Of a stretch of 64,000 bases of DNA, positions 63,515-64,000 are shown in pieces. Position 1 is the stretch's first letter. Every line of letters starts with the position of its first letter. This stretch comes from Hormiphora californensis (taxonomy: Eukaryota; Animalia; Ctenophora). The position numbers and the translations under genes were made by a program. The notes below the pieces were generated by a model that was not told the DNA's origin, ran no database searches, and worked only from the letters and a program-made list of their open reading frames with translations. The stretch lies in NCBI GenBank assembly GCA_020137815.1, contig CM035357.1, positions 6,386,001 through 6,450,000 on the forward strand. The letters are read 5' to 3'.

Positions 63515-63538
63515 TAAGGGTTAGGTTTTTTTGAAAGC

Positions 63539-63890
63539 CAGGGCTGATGTTTTTAGCACCCACGTCACACTGCAGGGGCGGTGCGCGGCTTTCACCCGCT
63601 CTGGTCAAAATGCGGCCGAAACATTTTTAACTCGCGCGTTCCGTCGAAATACCCAATGCGGACGATCCGCATTGGCTATTTTGACGTAGCGCGCCGATCA
63701 AAAATACTGCGAGCAAAAAAACCTGTGTGCGCGGCGCGGATCACTAAAAATCTCATTTGAAACATCAAATTTGGAGAAAAATTGACCCTTTCCTTGAATT
63801 TTTTCTTTTCTCTCCGTGATCCAAAGTAAAAATGCGGACGCGTCCGCATCGTCCGCATGGCAGAGCCGCCACGTGCTAAAAAGATCATTC
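63539..63890. mobile_element. hAT-like non-autonomous element
   Basis: CAGGGCTGATGTTTTTAGCAC at the left end and GTGCTAAAAAGATCA at the right end (inverted); right terminus incomplete. Confidence 0.45.
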
Positions 63891-64000
63891 AGGGTTTAGA
63901 AATCAGCAGCTCGTGTCCGTCTGTCTGTCGGTCCACCGTTACCGGCACAGCGCACATGACAACGCTCCTTGAAAGAGTCAGTCGTCCGCAAAGTTATCCC

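Overview
Eukaryotic, intron-rich, TE-dense genomic DNA from an error-prone draft assembly (homopolymer frameshifts, garbled GA/GC-rich tracts). It is very probably a ctenophore of the Pleurobrachia/Hormiphora type; this is inferred from a ctenophore-type spliced-leader (SL) sequence at 24886-24913, a ~110-bp CAGG-terminal MITE I associate with Pleurobrachia, and nested antisense genes. Genes rebuilt by hand from GT-AG exons: (1) 3' part of a soluble adenylyl cyclase ADCY10-like gene (+, 917-10524), with an intronless 7TM receptor nested antisense in one intron; (2) a rhodanese + dual-specificity phosphatase (MK-STYX/MKP-like) with an intact HCxxGxSRS site and a C-terminal CaaX box (-, 23346-11748); (3) a long HEAT-repeat gene (-, ~42413-29041) whose 3' end is present twice, probably as two haplotypes, and which hosts a nested antisense gene for a secreted protein of unknown family; (4) a head-to-head pair of intronless genes, CCDC24-like (-) and MICU2/3-like (+); (5) 3' exons of a laminin-EGF-repeat gene (+). 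Mobile DNA includes Kolobok-, MULE-, hAT-, Academ- and TA-type non-autonomous elements (often nested), Helitron-type 3' ends, a CRE-like RLE retrotransposon and L2/CR1-type LINE fragments. Two observations stand out. First, a polymorphic, internally deleted LINE copy begins with the host spliced leader fused 9 nt before its ORF1 ATG, i.e. it looks like the retrocopy of an SL-trans-spliced transposon RNA. Second, branch-point/splice-site sequence is tandemly amplified at many intron ends. All family assignments come from motif recognition, not database searches.
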